64,000 nucleotides of DNA from Dehalococcoidia bacterium (GTDB lineage Bacteria; Chloroflexota; Dehalococcoidia; Plut-88900): the NCBI GenBank assembly GCA_965249275.1, contig CBDFLQ010000006.1, positions 320,001 to 384,000 of the forward strand, given 5' to 3'. This document shows, piece by piece, positions 1-10,005 of the stretch. The position numbers and the translations under genes are program-made. Within the stretch, counting starts at the first letter, position 1. Each line of letters starts with the position of its first letter. The notes beneath the pieces are model-generated. The model ran no database searches. It saw nothing but the letters and a program-made list of their open reading frames with translations, and was not told the origin of the DNA.

Positions 1-806
1 AAGTTGCGAATCGCCCCACCCAGGAAAATGTCGTACCAGCCCGACATGCTGTAGGCCGGGACCTCAACCGTCGAGTGCCGCTCCCTGATGTTCACCGACT
101 TCCAGTATGAGTCGTCGTCCGAATGCTGCACCCAGTCGTTGAAATACTGGGCAAGCGCCGGGTTCCTGAACAACGGGTGCTCTGCAAAGTTCAGTGTTTC
201 GAATGACCCGTCCAGGTCCTTCAGTGCCTCCATCATCCGCGCAGAGTCCGCCGAAACATCCCCATGGTCCCGTTCGATATGTTCTATGTTGGCCATCGCC
301 AGTGACACTGCCCAGCTAAGCGTGAAGAACAGCTGGAATGCCCCGCCTTGATAAGTCCATCCCTCGTAGTAGTCATCGCTGGTTATGGAAGGAATGATGC
401 ACTTCAAATGCGGAGGCCTGGATATCGCCGCCAGCCACTGCGTAGCCCCGACATACGAGCCCCCGTGCATCCCCACCGCCTCCGAGGACCAAGCCTGCGA
501 TGCCGCCCACTCCACAGTGTCGTACCCGTCGTTTATCTCGTTCTTGAAAGTGTAGAACGTCCCCTCGGAGTTGTATCGCCCCCGAACGTTCTGCATCACG
601 AAAGCGTATCCCTGTTTCGCGGCCCGGATCGGGTCCACGCTGTCCACCCGAGTCGAGAACGCATCCTTGTCATACGGAGTCCGGCACAAAATAACCGGAT
701 ACCGACCAGGCGTGTCCGGCCGATAAACGTCACTATAAAGAACTGTCCCGTCCCGCATCCGGGCCGGAACATCCTGCTCTACCCTTACCGTAACCGGCTT
801 ACTCAT
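1..806 (-). CDS. CocE/NonD-family serine hydrolase (5' part; runs off left edge)
   Basis: Not in the ORF track. Hand translation from ATG at 806 gives MSKPVTVRVEQDVPARMRDGTVLYSDVYRP...RTPYDK...QNVRGRYNSEG...DGYDTVEW...GMHGGSYVG, with the MRDG, RTPY and GxSYxG motifs of CocE/NonD. Confidence 0.9.
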   Translation of the reverse strand, partial: MSKPVTVRVEQDVPARMRDGTVLYSDVYRPDTPGRYPVILCRTPYDKDAFSTRVDSVDPIRAAKQGYAFVMQNVRGRYNSEGTFYTFKNEINDGYDTVEWAASQAWSSEAVGMHGGSYVGATQWLAAISRPPHLKCIIPSITSDDYYEGWTYQGGAFQLFFTLSWAVSLAMANIEHIERDHGDVSADSARMMEALKDLDGSFETLNFAEHPLFRNPALAQYFNDWVQHSDDDSYWKSVNIRERHSTVEVPAYSMSGWYDIFLGGAIRN

Positions 807-829
807 CCTTCACCTCTCGACTTCTCTCC

Positions 830-877
830 ATCATCCCGACCAATTTATATGTCATTCCGAGGCTCCGCGAGGAATCT
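830..877 (+). repeat. GTCAT-tagged REP-like palindrome with upstream half copy
   Basis: GTCATTCCGAGGCTCCGCGAGGAATCT at 851-877; near-identical copies at 3450 and 11397; degenerate ATCATCCCG 21 bp upstream. Confidence 0.75.
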
Positions 878-989
878 AAGGCGTACGCCCTCACCCATCC
901 ACTAACGAGCCAAACACGTTCGAATACGTTGTAGGGTGAATTCATTCCTACATCCTGCAAAGCACACCCATTACAATGGAGTTCCCACC

Positions 990-1787
990 TCACGAACGCA
1001 GAAACTCCTTCACAATAGCCGAAACCTTCTCACGCTGCTCCAACTGTGGAATGTGACCCGCGCCATCCAGTATCTGCGTCCGCACAGTCGTGTTTACCAT
1101 CCTGTCGGAAAACTCCTTGGCGTACTCCGGAGGCACCAGTGCATCCTGTTTTCCCCACAATATCAACGCCGGCGCCAACACCCGATAGATCCGGTTCTTC
1201 AACCCCTTGTCCGGTATCGGCCAAGTGAATTTGGATGTACAGGCGATAGCCCATGTCCTTGCAATAGTGAAGTTTTGGAACTCCTCCTCATCCTCCGGAA
1301 CCTCGAGGAAACCTTTGGCGAATTGACCCTCGGGGTCCGAGAACAGCGCTTTAACCATCGCATCCGGGCTCATCGCCGTCCAATCGAGCACCGGGTGATC
1401 GTCCAGCCAGAACCCGATGGGGTTCATCAGCGTCAACTTGCTAACCCTGTCTGGACTGCTCGCCGCAATCTCGGCCGCCAGCATGCCGCCGTAAGAATGC
1501 CCAATCACCGCCGGCGACTCCAACCCCAGGGCGTCAAACAGGTCGTAATGGTACAGCACGAGGTCCCACAGGGAGTCGATCTTCCGAATGTCGTCCGGGT
1601 CATGGAGCCCGGGGTGAAGTGGTGCGTACACCGTGAATTCGGAAGAGAGGTCATCCAGGAAACCGTCCCATCGCAGGCCTCCTGCCCCGTGCAGGAACAC
1701 GACGGGCGGGCCTTCCCCTGCAGTCATCACCTTCGGGTTGAGCAGCCCGTCCCTGATCTTTGGGAACCGGTCTTCCACAGTGACCAT
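990..1787 (-). CDS. alpha/beta-fold hydrolase
   Basis: FLHGAGG, GHSYGG nucleophile elbow, WGKQD, GAGHIPQ catalytic His. Confidence 0.9.
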   Translation of the reverse strand: MVTVEDRFPKIRDGLLNPKVMTAGEGPPVVFLHGAGGLRWDGFLDDLSSEFTVYAPLHPGLHDPDDIRKIDSLWDLVLYHYDLFDALGLESPAVIGHSYGGMLAAEIAASSPDRVSKLTLMNPIGFWLDDHPVLDWTAMSPDAMVKALFSDPEGQFAKGFLEVPEDEEEFQNFTIARTWAIACTSKFTWPIPDKGLKNRIYRVLAPALILWGKQDALVPPEYAKEFSDRMVNTTVRTQILDGAGHIPQLEQREKVSAIVKEFLRS

Positions 1788-1861
1788 TTACTTCTCCTAT
1801 TAAGGTTGATCGAAAGACATCTGCGCACCTATGAATAAACCCCCGTCGGTTTCACAGCTTC

Positions 1862-1919
1862 CCCCTCCCTCGACGGGAGAGGGTCAGGGTCGAAGACTCG
1901 CCGAGGAGAGTGAGGGTGA
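1862..1919 (+). repeat. CCCTCCC...GGGAGAGGG palindromic repeat with 21-nt inner hairpin
   Basis: Near-identical copy at 14750-14808; inner CGAAGACTCGCCGAGGAGAGT also at 11601-11621 (one mismatch). Confidence 0.7.
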
Positions 1920-1979
1920 ATCTCGGTTCCTCAGGTTTCTCTTCTGTCACGCGCCTTTCGAGTCTTTACGAAATCCCCG

Positions 1980-3215
1980 CTAACCCACCACCGCGGCGGG
2001 TGCCTTCGTCTTCAGGGTCTCGGGCCACCAATGGTTCTCCCAATTGTCGTCCCAGATGTTCCGGATGTGCGGGAGCACCTCTTTGGCAAATATCTCGATG
2101 TTCTTCAGCGTCAGTTCGTGCGGCATGGACCCGATCTGCAGCAGCACCATCAGGTTGCCGACCCGCAGCCGCTTCACCGCATCCTTCAGCTGGTCCACCA
2201 CCGACTCTGGCCCACCGCTGATCACGTACTGATTATCTACGAAGTCCTTGAACTTCCATTCTTTCCACTGTCCCATCTGGTCGGCCCTGCCACCGCCGAG
2301 CTGCTTGATCCGGTTGACCAAGCTCTTGTAGTCCTGATATCCCGGCGCGGCCAAGAACTCGGGGGCCGTGGCCATGCACTTGTTGAAGAAGTACTGGATG
2401 TGTTTTTCGTAGTCCTTTTCCGCCTGTGCATCCGTCTCCGACACCGCCACAAGCTGTAGGAACCCCGCTCGGTACGGGTTGGCATCTAGCCCGTTGTAGT
2501 CAACTCTTTCCCAGAACTTCTCCATGATCTTCGTAGCGAACAGGTTCCCGTAGTAGCTTAGGTAGCAATAGCAGTAGTTCTTTTCGCACACGAAGTCCCA
2601 TGTGCTGCTGCTTCCCCCGCCCGGCACCCATATCGGGGGGTGAGGCTTCTGTATCGGCTTCGGCCAGACGTTCACGTAGCGCAACTGTGTGTACTTGCCG
2701 TTAAACGCGAACATCTCATCCCGAGTCCACGCATCCACGATCAGGTCGTGCGCCTCCCTGTACCTCTCCCGTTGTACTATCGGCGGTATTCCGTAGCAGA
2801 AGTTGGCGTCCGCCGACGTGCCCAGCGGCATCCCGGCAACCAGCCGACCCCCGCTTATGCAGTCCAGCATTGCGTACTCCTCAGCGATGCGGACGGGAGG
2901 GTGGGTGGTGGGCAGCGTGGCCCCCATCTGCACCAGGGCCGCGTTCTTCGTGCTCCGCGCCAGCACCGACCCCATGAGGTTCGGGTTCGGCATGAAACCG
3001 TACGCGTTCTGGTGGTGCTCGTTAACGCATATCCCGTCCATCCCCATCTTGTCGGCGTAGATCAGTTCGTCCAGCGTCCAGTTGTAGTACTGACCTACCC
3101 GTTCCGGGTCCGCGAGCTCCGACCAAGGCGGGTCCACCCACACCGAGTGATACCTATCCTCGAAATCATCGGGAAGCTCTCTGTGGGGCATCAGGTGGAA
3201 CATGGATACCTTCAA
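1980..3215 (-). CDS. LLM-class (luciferase-like) flavin-dependent oxidoreductase
   Basis: NEHHQ, PVRIAEEYAMLDCISGGRL and PKPIQKPHPPIW motifs. Confidence 0.92.
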   Translation of the reverse strand: MKVSMFHLMPHRELPDDFEDRYHSVWVDPPWSELADPERVGQYYNWTLDELIYADKMGMDGICVNEHHQNAYGFMPNPNLMGSVLARSTKNAALVQMGATLPTTHPPVRIAEEYAMLDCISGGRLVAGMPLGTSADANFCYGIPPIVQRERYREAHDLIVDAWTRDEMFAFNGKYTQLRYVNVWPKPIQKPHPPIWVPGGGSSSTWDFVCEKNYCYCYLSYYGNLFATKIMEKFWERVDYNGLDANPYRAGFLQLVAVSETDAQAEKDYEKHIQYFFNKCMATAPEFLAAPGYQDYKSLVNRIKQLGGGRADQMGQWKEWKFKDFVDNQYVISGGPESVVDQLKDAVKRLRVGNLMVLLQIGSMPHELTLKNIEIFAKEVLPHIRNIWDDNWENHWWPETLKTKAPAAVVG

Positions 3216-3360
3216 GATTGCACCTCCGGGGTATGAAAACCCACCATTTCTTCAGGCCTAGTCCTCGCTATATGAGGAGCCTCAACGTCTGCGCATATTA
3301 GCACAATGTTTCCCTTCTTTGTCCTTTCCCCAGCCCATTACCCCCTACGGCCACTTCCAT

Positions 3361-3476
3361 ATCACTCCGGGCTTTTCCCCAGTTATTCCGATACTTTTTC
3401 GTTGTCATGCTGCGGCTCTTTTCATTGTCATAGCAAGCCCCCTTTAATTGTCATTCCGAGGCTCTGCGAGGAATCT
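3361..3476 (+). repeat. Decaying ~22-bp tandem array of REP left arms ending in a full REP
   Basis: Units start at 3361 (ATCAC), 3382 (GTTAT), 3404, 3427 and 3450 (GTCAT); the last is the complete GTCATTCCGAGGCTCTGCGAGGAATCT. Confidence 0.65.
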
Positions 3477-3522
3477 AACGCGCCACTCCCTAAAGCAACA
3501 TCCTCAAACTATTCTCCACGTA

Positions 3523-3561
3523 CAAAAACAACATGGCGCAAGTGCAAGACACTTACGCCAT
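3523..3561 (-). terminator. Probable intrinsic terminator after the hydrolase at 3592-4365
   Basis: Minus strand ATGGCGTAAGTG-TCTTG-CACTTGCGCCAT followed by GTTGTTTTTG. Confidence 0.6.
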
Positions 3562-3591
3562 ATCTTCCCTAAAGTCTAGGAAACCCTGAAA

Positions 3592-4365
3592 CTAATCCAA
3601 CTTCTCCAAAAACCTCAGCATCAGATCATTCAAGATATCCGGGTGCTCAATCATTATCGGATGCCCACACGCCGAGATAAGGTCGTATTGCGCCCCTTCC
3701 ACTTTCTCCGCCACCAGCTCCGACCCCGGTATCGACATCACATCCTCATCCCCCACTACCACCATTAACGGTACTGTCACCTTGCTGAAGTCCGGGTTGG
3801 GATCGAAGGTTCCACAGGCCGCAAGGTCCGAGTAACACACCTCTCCCGGAGTCCCCGACATCTCCCTCGTCGCCCATTCCTTTATCTCACTCGAGGTCTG
3901 CCGGGAGTACATCTCGTCTGAGTCCCGCCTCATCTTGTCCGGGTCTGTTTTCCACGGCTCAATTTCTTCGTCGCCTATCTCCCAACTGGGGCTCGACCCC
4001 ACCATGATCGCACCTTTTAGCATCTCCCCGTGATGCACGGCGAAGTCCAGTGCCATGGAGCCGCCCATCGAGTGACCCGCGAACACAAACGGGGCCAAAT
4101 TTAACGCCTCGGCCAACCCTTTAACGAAATCTCGATACCCTTCCGCGTTGTCGATCCCCTCCCCACCGGAGTCCAGGTGGCCGGGCAGGTCTACCGACAC
4201 GGGACTATGGTCTTTGGACAACGCCTCCATCTGGTGGTGCCAGATTTTGTGGTTGTCCGTGGCTCCGTGGATCAATAGTACCGTGTTACCCTTCCAGTTG
4301 CCCTCCGCGAATCCTTCCGCCGCATCGAAGTTAACTTTGCTGCCATTGACAGTTACGCTGCCCAT
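3592..4365 (-). CDS. alpha/beta-fold hydrolase
   Basis: LIHGA, DLPGH, GHSMGG, VGDED, CGHPIM. Confidence 0.9.
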   Translation of the reverse strand: MGSVTVNGSKVNFDAAEGFAEGNWKGNTVLLIHGATDNHKIWHHQMEALSKDHSPVSVDLPGHLDSGGEGIDNAEGYRDFVKGLAEALNLAPFVFAGHSMGGSMALDFAVHHGEMLKGAIMVGSSPSWEIGDEEIEPWKTDPDKMRRDSDEMYSRQTSSEIKEWATREMSGTPGEVCYSDLAACGTFDPNPDFSKVTVPLMVVVGDEDVMSIPGSELVAEKVEGAQYDLISACGHPIMIEHPDILNDLMLRFLEKLD

Positions 4366-4412
4366 TACCCCTCCCTACTTGTCGAAACCTGAGGCCCCGA
4401 TATCGGGGCCGG

Positions 4413-4850
4413 TTACTCGGACGGTGCTACTACCAGGGCCTGTCCCGTGACCGCCCTCCGCCCCTCCGGGTTCTCGATATACACGTCTACGTCTAAGCAG
4501 TTCTCCCCGTCCCGCACCTCTTTGTCCGTCACCACACCCACGCATTGGATCGGCTCTTCGTGCTTCACCGGCGCCCGGAAGATGATGTCCAGTTTCTTCA
4601 GTGTTATGTTGGGCGCCCAGTCGGTTATCAGCTGGGACAGGTAGGCCATGCTCATGATCCCGGGAATAATCATCTCGTCGACGCCCTCGCTCCGGGCCGT
4701 CTCAAGGTCCGTGAACCGGGTCTTCTCCTCCAACCCGTAGGCCCTGCAAAACGCTTTCACCTGCTCCAGCGTAGGCTTTTTGTCCAGGGGCCCTATCTCA
4801 TCCCCTACGTCCACCTGGTCGAAATAGACCGCATTGCTCTGTTCACTCAT
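4413..4850 (-). CDS. MaoC-like hot-dog-fold protein (HadB-like)
   Basis: YFDQVDVGDEI N-terminus, IIPGIMS, FRAPV and VTDKE pattern; the D-x4-H dyad is not evident. Confidence 0.75.
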   Translation of the reverse strand: MSEQSNAVYFDQVDVGDEIGPLDKKPTLEQVKAFCRAYGLEEKTRFTDLETARSEGVDEMIIPGIMSMAYLSQLITDWAPNITLKKLDIIFRAPVKHEEPIQCVGVVTDKEVRDGENCLDVDVYIENPEGRRAVTGQALVVAPSE

Positions 4851-4858
4851 TGGTCTTC

Positions 4859-5275
4859 TTACTTCCTCCTTACGGTGGACATTCCCACTCTGGCGACAGT
4901 CTCGCCCCGTTGGTTGGTAAAAGTGTGCTCCCTCACCACGAAGGCCATCGGCCCCGAGCGACCCGTCTTTTTGTAGACCGACTTCACCCGAGCAACGCAG
5001 GTAAGCACATCTCCCGCCCTCACCGAGGCCTCGGGCTCAATGTACTGACCAGCCATATAGTCAAACCCCTCGAAAGTGAGGTTCAGGTCGTCCGGGCCCT
5101 CGAACTTGGCAAAGATGGTGGCTATCAAGGCAGAGGCCTCATCCCCGCTGTCCGCTCCCTCTCCCGTACCATCGTTGAAGTCCCGGATCATCTTCGCCGT
5201 CACTTCGAAAGATCCCAGGTTGTACTCCTCGTCGAGTACGCGCTTGTTAAAAGTCAACTCGTCCTGTTGTGTCAT
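4859..5275 (-). CDS. MaoC N-terminal/FAS1-like dehydratase partner (HadA-like)
   Basis: VRAGDVL, KTGRSGPMAFV and FTNQRGETVA motifs; 8 bp from the partner gene. Confidence 0.75.
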   Translation of the reverse strand: MTQQDELTFNKRVLDEEYNLGSFEVTAKMIRDFNDGTGEGADSGDEASALIATIFAKFEGPDDLNLTFEGFDYMAGQYIEPEASVRAGDVLTCVARVKSVYKKTGRSGPMAFVVREHTFTNQRGETVARVGMSTVRRK

Positions 5276-5412
5276 CTAGATCCCTGTCTCGCGTTTATGT
5301 CGATTTGCCGTGTGCCAGGGCCATTTGAAGCCTTCGTTTCGGGGTTGGATGATAAGCCACTCACTCTCCCCTGTCCAGACGTTCATCCCCCCGGCGTCTG
5401 GGAAGAAGCCCC

Positions 5413-7290
5413 CTAGGAATCGGACTCCTTGTCCTCCTGCTCTCGGCCTTCTATGTCCGGCAAAAAGGTCCGGATTAGCCCCCGGGCAATTACTCTGTAT
5501 ATCTTGCTGGATACGTACAGCCCGGCTACCGAGATAATTCCCAGGACCGCTAGAGTGATTGGCGTAGCTATGCTCCCCAAGAATAGCAGTTGTGATAGCA
5601 GGGGAATGCTCCAGATGAATAGCACGATCATCAGCATTAGCAGGAGGCCGTCCCGCATGATCATCGCGAGGCCTCTTCTGTAGACACTGCTGGCAGGCAA
5701 CCCTGCCCCCGGGACCCGACGGGCAAGACTGCTGTTTATGTAGTTGCCCACTTCATTAGTTAGTCTCCTCAATGACCACCACATCCCGATCGATGCAGGT
5801 AGAGCTAGTGCCAGTACGCCGCCGCCTATGATGAGCCCTACGGTTTCCTGGCTTATGCGCATTAGTTCGGCAATGTCTCCGCTGAACCGTATCACCACAT
5901 TCCCGACAGCCAGCAGGAGAATTATGACGCCCACGTTAACCAGTGTGAGCCGCGTGTGATGCCGTACCCGCAACGCTTCCTCACTCTTCAGCTGTAATAG
6001 GCTTCTCGTTGCCCTTATCCATTCAGTGATGTAGCTCATGTACTGACGCGCCACTTTCGGAGACCACCTTTGCAACACATTGGCCAGCAGGTCTCCGCTG
6101 CGGAAGATGAAGGGGTACAGTAGGGATGTGATGCCCGTGGCCACTGCAACCACCGGGTATAGAAACGGCCCCACCGCCCCGTGAAGCGCCCCCGCACTCA
6201 CTATTGCCAGGGAGAACTCACCTATCTGCGTCATCCCAGTCCCGACCTTGATCGCAGTCCGACCGTCTTCTCCCGTCGCGAACGTCGCGACGGTGTCCGC
6301 TATGAATTTCCCTCCTATGAACACCCCGGAAACTATCAGCGCCGGCCAGATGTGGTCTGTCATGTCCGATAGGTTCACCAGCATGCCTATCGAAATGAAG
6401 AACAGCGCCGCAAAGAAGTCCTTCACCGGAGATACTAACCGGACTAGCCTTTCCGACTCTCTCGTATCTCCCAGTACCGCCCCCACCAGGAATGCTCCCG
6501 CCGCCGGTGAAACACCAAGCTCTTGGGCAATCAACGCCAGCCCGAAGCACATCGCCAGGCTGGCCAGCAGCATGATCTCGTCCGACTTGTACCTCGATAT
6601 GAATCGTACCGTTCCGGGTGCCACAATCGCACCTATCCCTAACGCCGCAAATCCGAAGATGCCCAGCTTCAGTACTAGCGACCCCACGGCCCCGGCTTCC
6701 ACTGTTCCGGTGGTTGCTACCCCGGAAAGAACCGTTAGCAGAATTACCGCCGCCACGTCTTCTATCACCAATATCCCGACGATTATCCGCCCATGAGCTT
6801 GATGCAGTTGCCCCGTGTCCCTCAGCATCTTGTAGAGGATCGCTGTGCTGGAAATCGCAATCGCCGCCCCGAGAAAGATCGACTCCGTCCCCGTCCACCC
6901 CAGCAGTGTCCCAATCTCATATCCCAGGGACATCATCAAAGTGATCTCCAGTGCCCCGATAACCAACACCCGGAGCCCTACGCTGCTTAACCTCTTCCAC
7001 CCCATGTCCAGCCCCAGCGAAAACAGCAGGATGATCAGCCCAAGGTCCGCCAGCGCACTTATCAGTTCGACGTTTTCCACTGGCGGATTGGGAAGCGTAT
7101 ATGGCCCGATAAGCAGCCCCCCAAGCAGATATCCTAGAATTGGGGGTTGCTTCAGGACACGAAACAGCACCACCGCCCCACCCCCCACCGCCATCACTAT
7201 TGCAAAGTCGCGCAGCAGCGCAAAATGCTCCGCCGAAGACTCTTCAGTCTCCGCCAGAAACGGCAACAATGTACCCAGTAAATATTCCAC
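5413..7290 (-). CDS. Cation:proton antiporter (CPA2/KefC-like) with extra C-terminal TM helices
   Basis: QPPILGYLLGG, ISSTAI, ILVIEDV, GAFLVG, FFISIG and QIGEFS motifs; highly hydrophobic. Confidence 0.9.
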   Translation of the reverse strand: MEYLLGTLLPFLAETEESSAEHFALLRDFAIVMAVGGGAVVLFRVLKQPPILGYLLGGLLIGPYTLPNPPVENVELISALADLGLIILLFSLGLDMGWKRLSSVGLRVLVIGALEITLMMSLGYEIGTLLGWTGTESIFLGAAIAISSTAILYKMLRDTGQLHQAHGRIIVGILVIEDVAAVILLTVLSGVATTGTVEAGAVGSLVLKLGIFGFAALGIGAIVAPGTVRFISRYKSDEIMLLASLAMCFGLALIAQELGVSPAAGAFLVGAVLGDTRESERLVRLVSPVKDFFAALFFISIGMLVNLSDMTDHIWPALIVSGVFIGGKFIADTVATFATGEDGRTAIKVGTGMTQIGEFSLAIVSAGALHGAVGPFLYPVVAVATGITSLLYPFIFRSGDLLANVLQRWSPKVARQYMSYITEWIRATRSLLQLKSEEALRVRHHTRLTLVNVGVIILLLAVGNVVIRFSGDIAELMRISQETVGLIIGGGVLALALPASIGMWWSLRRLTNEVGNYINSSLARRVPGAGLPASSVYRRGLAMIMRDGLLLMLMIVLFIWSIPLLSQLLFLGSIATPITLAVLGIISVAGLYVSSKIYRVIARGLIRTFLPDIEGREQEDKESDS

Positions 7291-7411
7291 AGTTCTAAAT
7301 CATGTTCTCCGACTCTTCATTATATGACCTGGCCCCCTCAATAAACCTACCCTGTCTCTCTCCTCTTTCCGCATAATTCCCGCGCTCCGATTCGCAAACC
7401 CATCCCCTCCC

Positions 7412-7434
7412 GTAGGGGCGACCGGCGGTCGCGC
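7412..7434 (+). repeat. GTAG-tagged REP-like hairpin
   Basis: GTAGGG-GCGACC-GGC-GGTCGC in an intergenic region; only one clear copy in the window. Confidence 0.5.
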
Positions 7435-7510
7435 TCCCCCCTCCCTCCCCCGAATCCTATATAATCCTCCCCGCCACCCCTACCACCTATTCCTCTACCG
7501 GAGGCTCGAC

Positions 7511-8644
7511 ATGGCAGACTACAAAATCGTCTCCGCCGACTCCCACGCTGAGGAGCCGGGCAGCATCTACGAAAAGCTCCCTGAGCAGTATCGCCACCGC
7601 AAGCCCCACGTCGAAGTCGTAGACGGACGCAAGTACCAGGTTCTCGACGGTCAGCAGCCCATCCTCCTCGACACCCCCAACCCGCTAACCGAAAAAGACC
7701 TGCGCAAGGAGTTCCGGGGCGGCGAGGACGTGGGGCTAGGCGTCAACCGTGAATGGGGCACCGACGTTGAGATCCGCCTCAAGGACCAGGTCGAGGACGG
7801 AGTCTCCGCCGAGGTCATCTACCCAAACGGCATATTCGAAGCCTTCTCCTCCCCCGAGCCCAGCTACCAGATGGCCGTCTGCTCCCTTTACAACGACTAC
7901 TACTGGGACGTTTTCTCTACCCACTCAGATGTCTGCATCCCTTCCGCCACCATACCCACCATCAACGTTGACGCCGCCGTCACCGAAGCCCGACGCATCG
8001 GCGCATTGGGCTACCGTTCCGTATCCGTGCCCGTCAACGTCGCTTCTACCCCCTACAACCTCCCCGTCTACGAGCCTTTATGGTCCACCCTCGCCGACCT
8101 GGGCCTACCCCTCAGCTTCCACGTCTTCACTAAGACCGAACCCGTCTCCGACGACGAGCCACGCAAGTACCGCACCAAAGAAGAAACCCACGGCCAAGAC
8201 CTCACCGGCATGGTCCTCGGCATGGCCGAGGCTATGGCCCCCCTAACCGCACTCACCGCCGCCGGAGTCTTCGACCGCAACCCTGATCTCCGTATAGTCC
8301 TGGTCGAATGCGGTATCGGCTGGCTCGCCTGGGCCCTTTACGCCATGGACGACGTCTACCACGCCCGGCACATGTGGCAGTACCCCAATCTAGATAGGCT
8401 TCCCAGCGAGTATTTCAAGACCAACGGCTTTATCACCTTTGGTGACGACCCCATCGGCCTAAACAATATCGAGTTCACCGGCGTCGACGGCCTCATGTGG
8501 GGCAGCGACTATCCCCACGACGAAGGCACCTTCCCCCACTCCCGAGAAGTCATTGAGCGCACCTTCGCCCACATTTCGGAAGAGAACAAGATCATGATTG
8601 TGGGCGAAAACGCCGCCCGACTCTACGGCATAAACCTTAATTAG
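7511..8644 (+). CDS. Amidohydrolase-2 family protein
   Basis: SADSH, DGVSAEVIYP, LSFH, VECGIGW, WGSDYPH, NAARLY; GGAGG RBS. Confidence 0.9.
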   Translation: MADYKIVSADSHAEEPGSIYEKLPEQYRHRKPHVEVVDGRKYQVLDGQQPILLDTPNPLTEKDLRKEFRGGEDVGLGVNREWGTDVEIRLKDQVEDGVSAEVIYPNGIFEAFSSPEPSYQMAVCSLYNDYYWDVFSTHSDVCIPSATIPTINVDAAVTEARRIGALGYRSVSVPVNVASTPYNLPVYEPLWSTLADLGLPLSFHVFTKTEPVSDDEPRKYRTKEETHGQDLTGMVLGMAEAMAPLTALTAAGVFDRNPDLRIVLVECGIGWLAWALYAMDDVYHARHMWQYPNLDRLPSEYFKTNGFITFGDDPIGLNNIEFTGVDGLMWGSDYPHDEGTFPHSREVIERTFAHISEENKIMIVGENAARLYGINLN

Positions 8645-8673
8645 TAACCCGTTCCCCACTGGAGCCTTACCGA

Positions 8674-9813
8674 ATGTCAGACAAAGAAAACGCCGACATT
8701 TATCAGGAACTCGGCATCCGAAAGGTCGTCAACGCCGTCGGCACCGCCACCGTAATGGGTGGAGCGGTCCTTAGCCCCCGGGTCCAGACCGCAATGGACC
8801 AGGCCGGCCAGGCCTTTGCAAGCATGGAGGAGGTCGTGACCCGTGCCGGCGAAGCCATCGCCTCCGACCTCGGCGCAGAAGCTGCCTTTGTCACCTCCGG
8901 CTGCTTCGCCGCCCTAGCCATCAGCTGCGCCGCCGTCATGACCGGCCCCGACACCGATCTCATAGCCCAGCTCCCCGATACCACAGGCCTCCGAGACGAG
9001 TTCCTGATCCAGAACCGCCACCGCTACCATTACGACCGATCCGTTTCCGTCCCAGGTGGCAAGCTAATGGAGATTGGTGACGAAAACGGCGTTACGAAAA
9101 CCCAGTTTGAAGAGGCCATAGGCCCCGACACCGCCGGAGTCCTGTATCCGGCCCACATGGACGGCATGGAGGGCACGCTATCCCTGGCCGAGGTGATCTC
9201 CATCTCCGAAGCCCGAGGCATTGCCGTAGTCGTAGACGCCGCCTTCCAGGTCTATCCCGTCCAGCGTATGAAGGACATCGCCTCCTGCGGCGCCGACTCC
9301 GTCTGCTTCAGCGCCAAGTACATGGGTGGCCCCAACTCCGTCGGCTTCATGGTCGGCAAGAAACACTTTGTAGAATCTGCTCGGCTCCACGGCTTCACCG
9401 CATTCGAATTGGAGGACAACCGGGCCTTCGGGCGAGGCTTCAAGGTCGATAGGGGAGAGGCAGTCGCTTTGGTCGCCGCCATGCGTGAGTGGTTCACTTT
9501 GGATCATGATGAGCGAGCCAGAGACCAGGAGCGCCGCTTCCAGGTCCTCGTCGAGCTACTTGGAGACATCCCCCACGTCACACTCCAGCAAGGCTGGTTC
9601 GGCCAGATCCCCTGGATGCAGCTTCGAGTCGTCCTCGACGAAAAAGCCCTTGGCATGACGGTCACCCAAGCCGCCGACGCCCTCAAAGACCTCAACCCGT
9701 CCATCTGGACCCGCCCCGACGGCGACGCCCTATCCATCGCAGTAATCACCCTCCAACCCGGCGAAGAACAGCTCGTAGCCCAAGGCGTCCGCCAAGTTTT
9801 ATCCGGTAAGTAA
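8674..9813 (+). CDS. SelA/DgaE-like PLP-dependent enzyme
   Basis: VVNAVGTATVMGG, VDAA, FSAKYMGGP (PLP lysine), GRGFKVDR; 379 aa, shorter than true SelA. Confidence 0.8.
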   Translation: MSDKENADIYQELGIRKVVNAVGTATVMGGAVLSPRVQTAMDQAGQAFASMEEVVTRAGEAIASDLGAEAAFVTSGCFAALAISCAAVMTGPDTDLIAQLPDTTGLRDEFLIQNRHRYHYDRSVSVPGGKLMEIGDENGVTKTQFEEAIGPDTAGVLYPAHMDGMEGTLSLAEVISISEARGIAVVVDAAFQVYPVQRMKDIASCGADSVCFSAKYMGGPNSVGFMVGKKHFVESARLHGFTAFELEDNRAFGRGFKVDRGEAVALVAAMREWFTLDHDERARDQERRFQVLVELLGDIPHVTLQQGWFGQIPWMQLRVVLDEKALGMTVTQAADALKDLNPSIWTRPDGDALSIAVITLQPGEEQLVAQGVRQVLSGK

Positions 9814-9826
9814 GCTTTGGTTTAAC

Positions 9827-9908
9827 CGTCATTCCTGCGGAGGCAGGAATCCAGGGGTGGGGCATTCCGTTCGCCCTGAGCAGAGTCGAAGGGTCTCAAG
9901 AACGGAAT
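9827..9908 (+). repeat. Composite repeat: CGTC-REP plus 45-bp ATTCCGTTC...GAACGGAAT element
   Basis: CGTCATTCCTGC-GGAG-GCAGGAATCC, then the 45-bp unit (9864-9908) repeated at 11037-11081 and 58613-58657. Confidence 0.8.
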
Positions 9909-10005
9909 GGGGGAGGAATTTCCCAGCCACGAATGTAATGTGTCCTCGAAAGAAACCAGCATTAGGCATCATCGGAGATTAAGCGAAGGGGATTAATACA
10001 CGACC

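Noticed and set aside
348-1838. Long antisense or alternative-frame ORFs (e.g. 348-905, 936-1838, 46520-47485, 49614-50675)
   Set aside because: They overlap well-supported genes and are typical shadow ORFs of GC-rich DNA.
3361-3476. CRISPR array
   Set aside because: The period is only 21-23 bp, repeats are short and degenerate, there are no spacer-length unique segments, and no cas genes are in the window.
8674-9813. True selA / selenocysteine system
   Set aside because: The protein is the short DgaE-like type; no selB, selC or selD, and no in-frame TGA selenoprotein was noticed.
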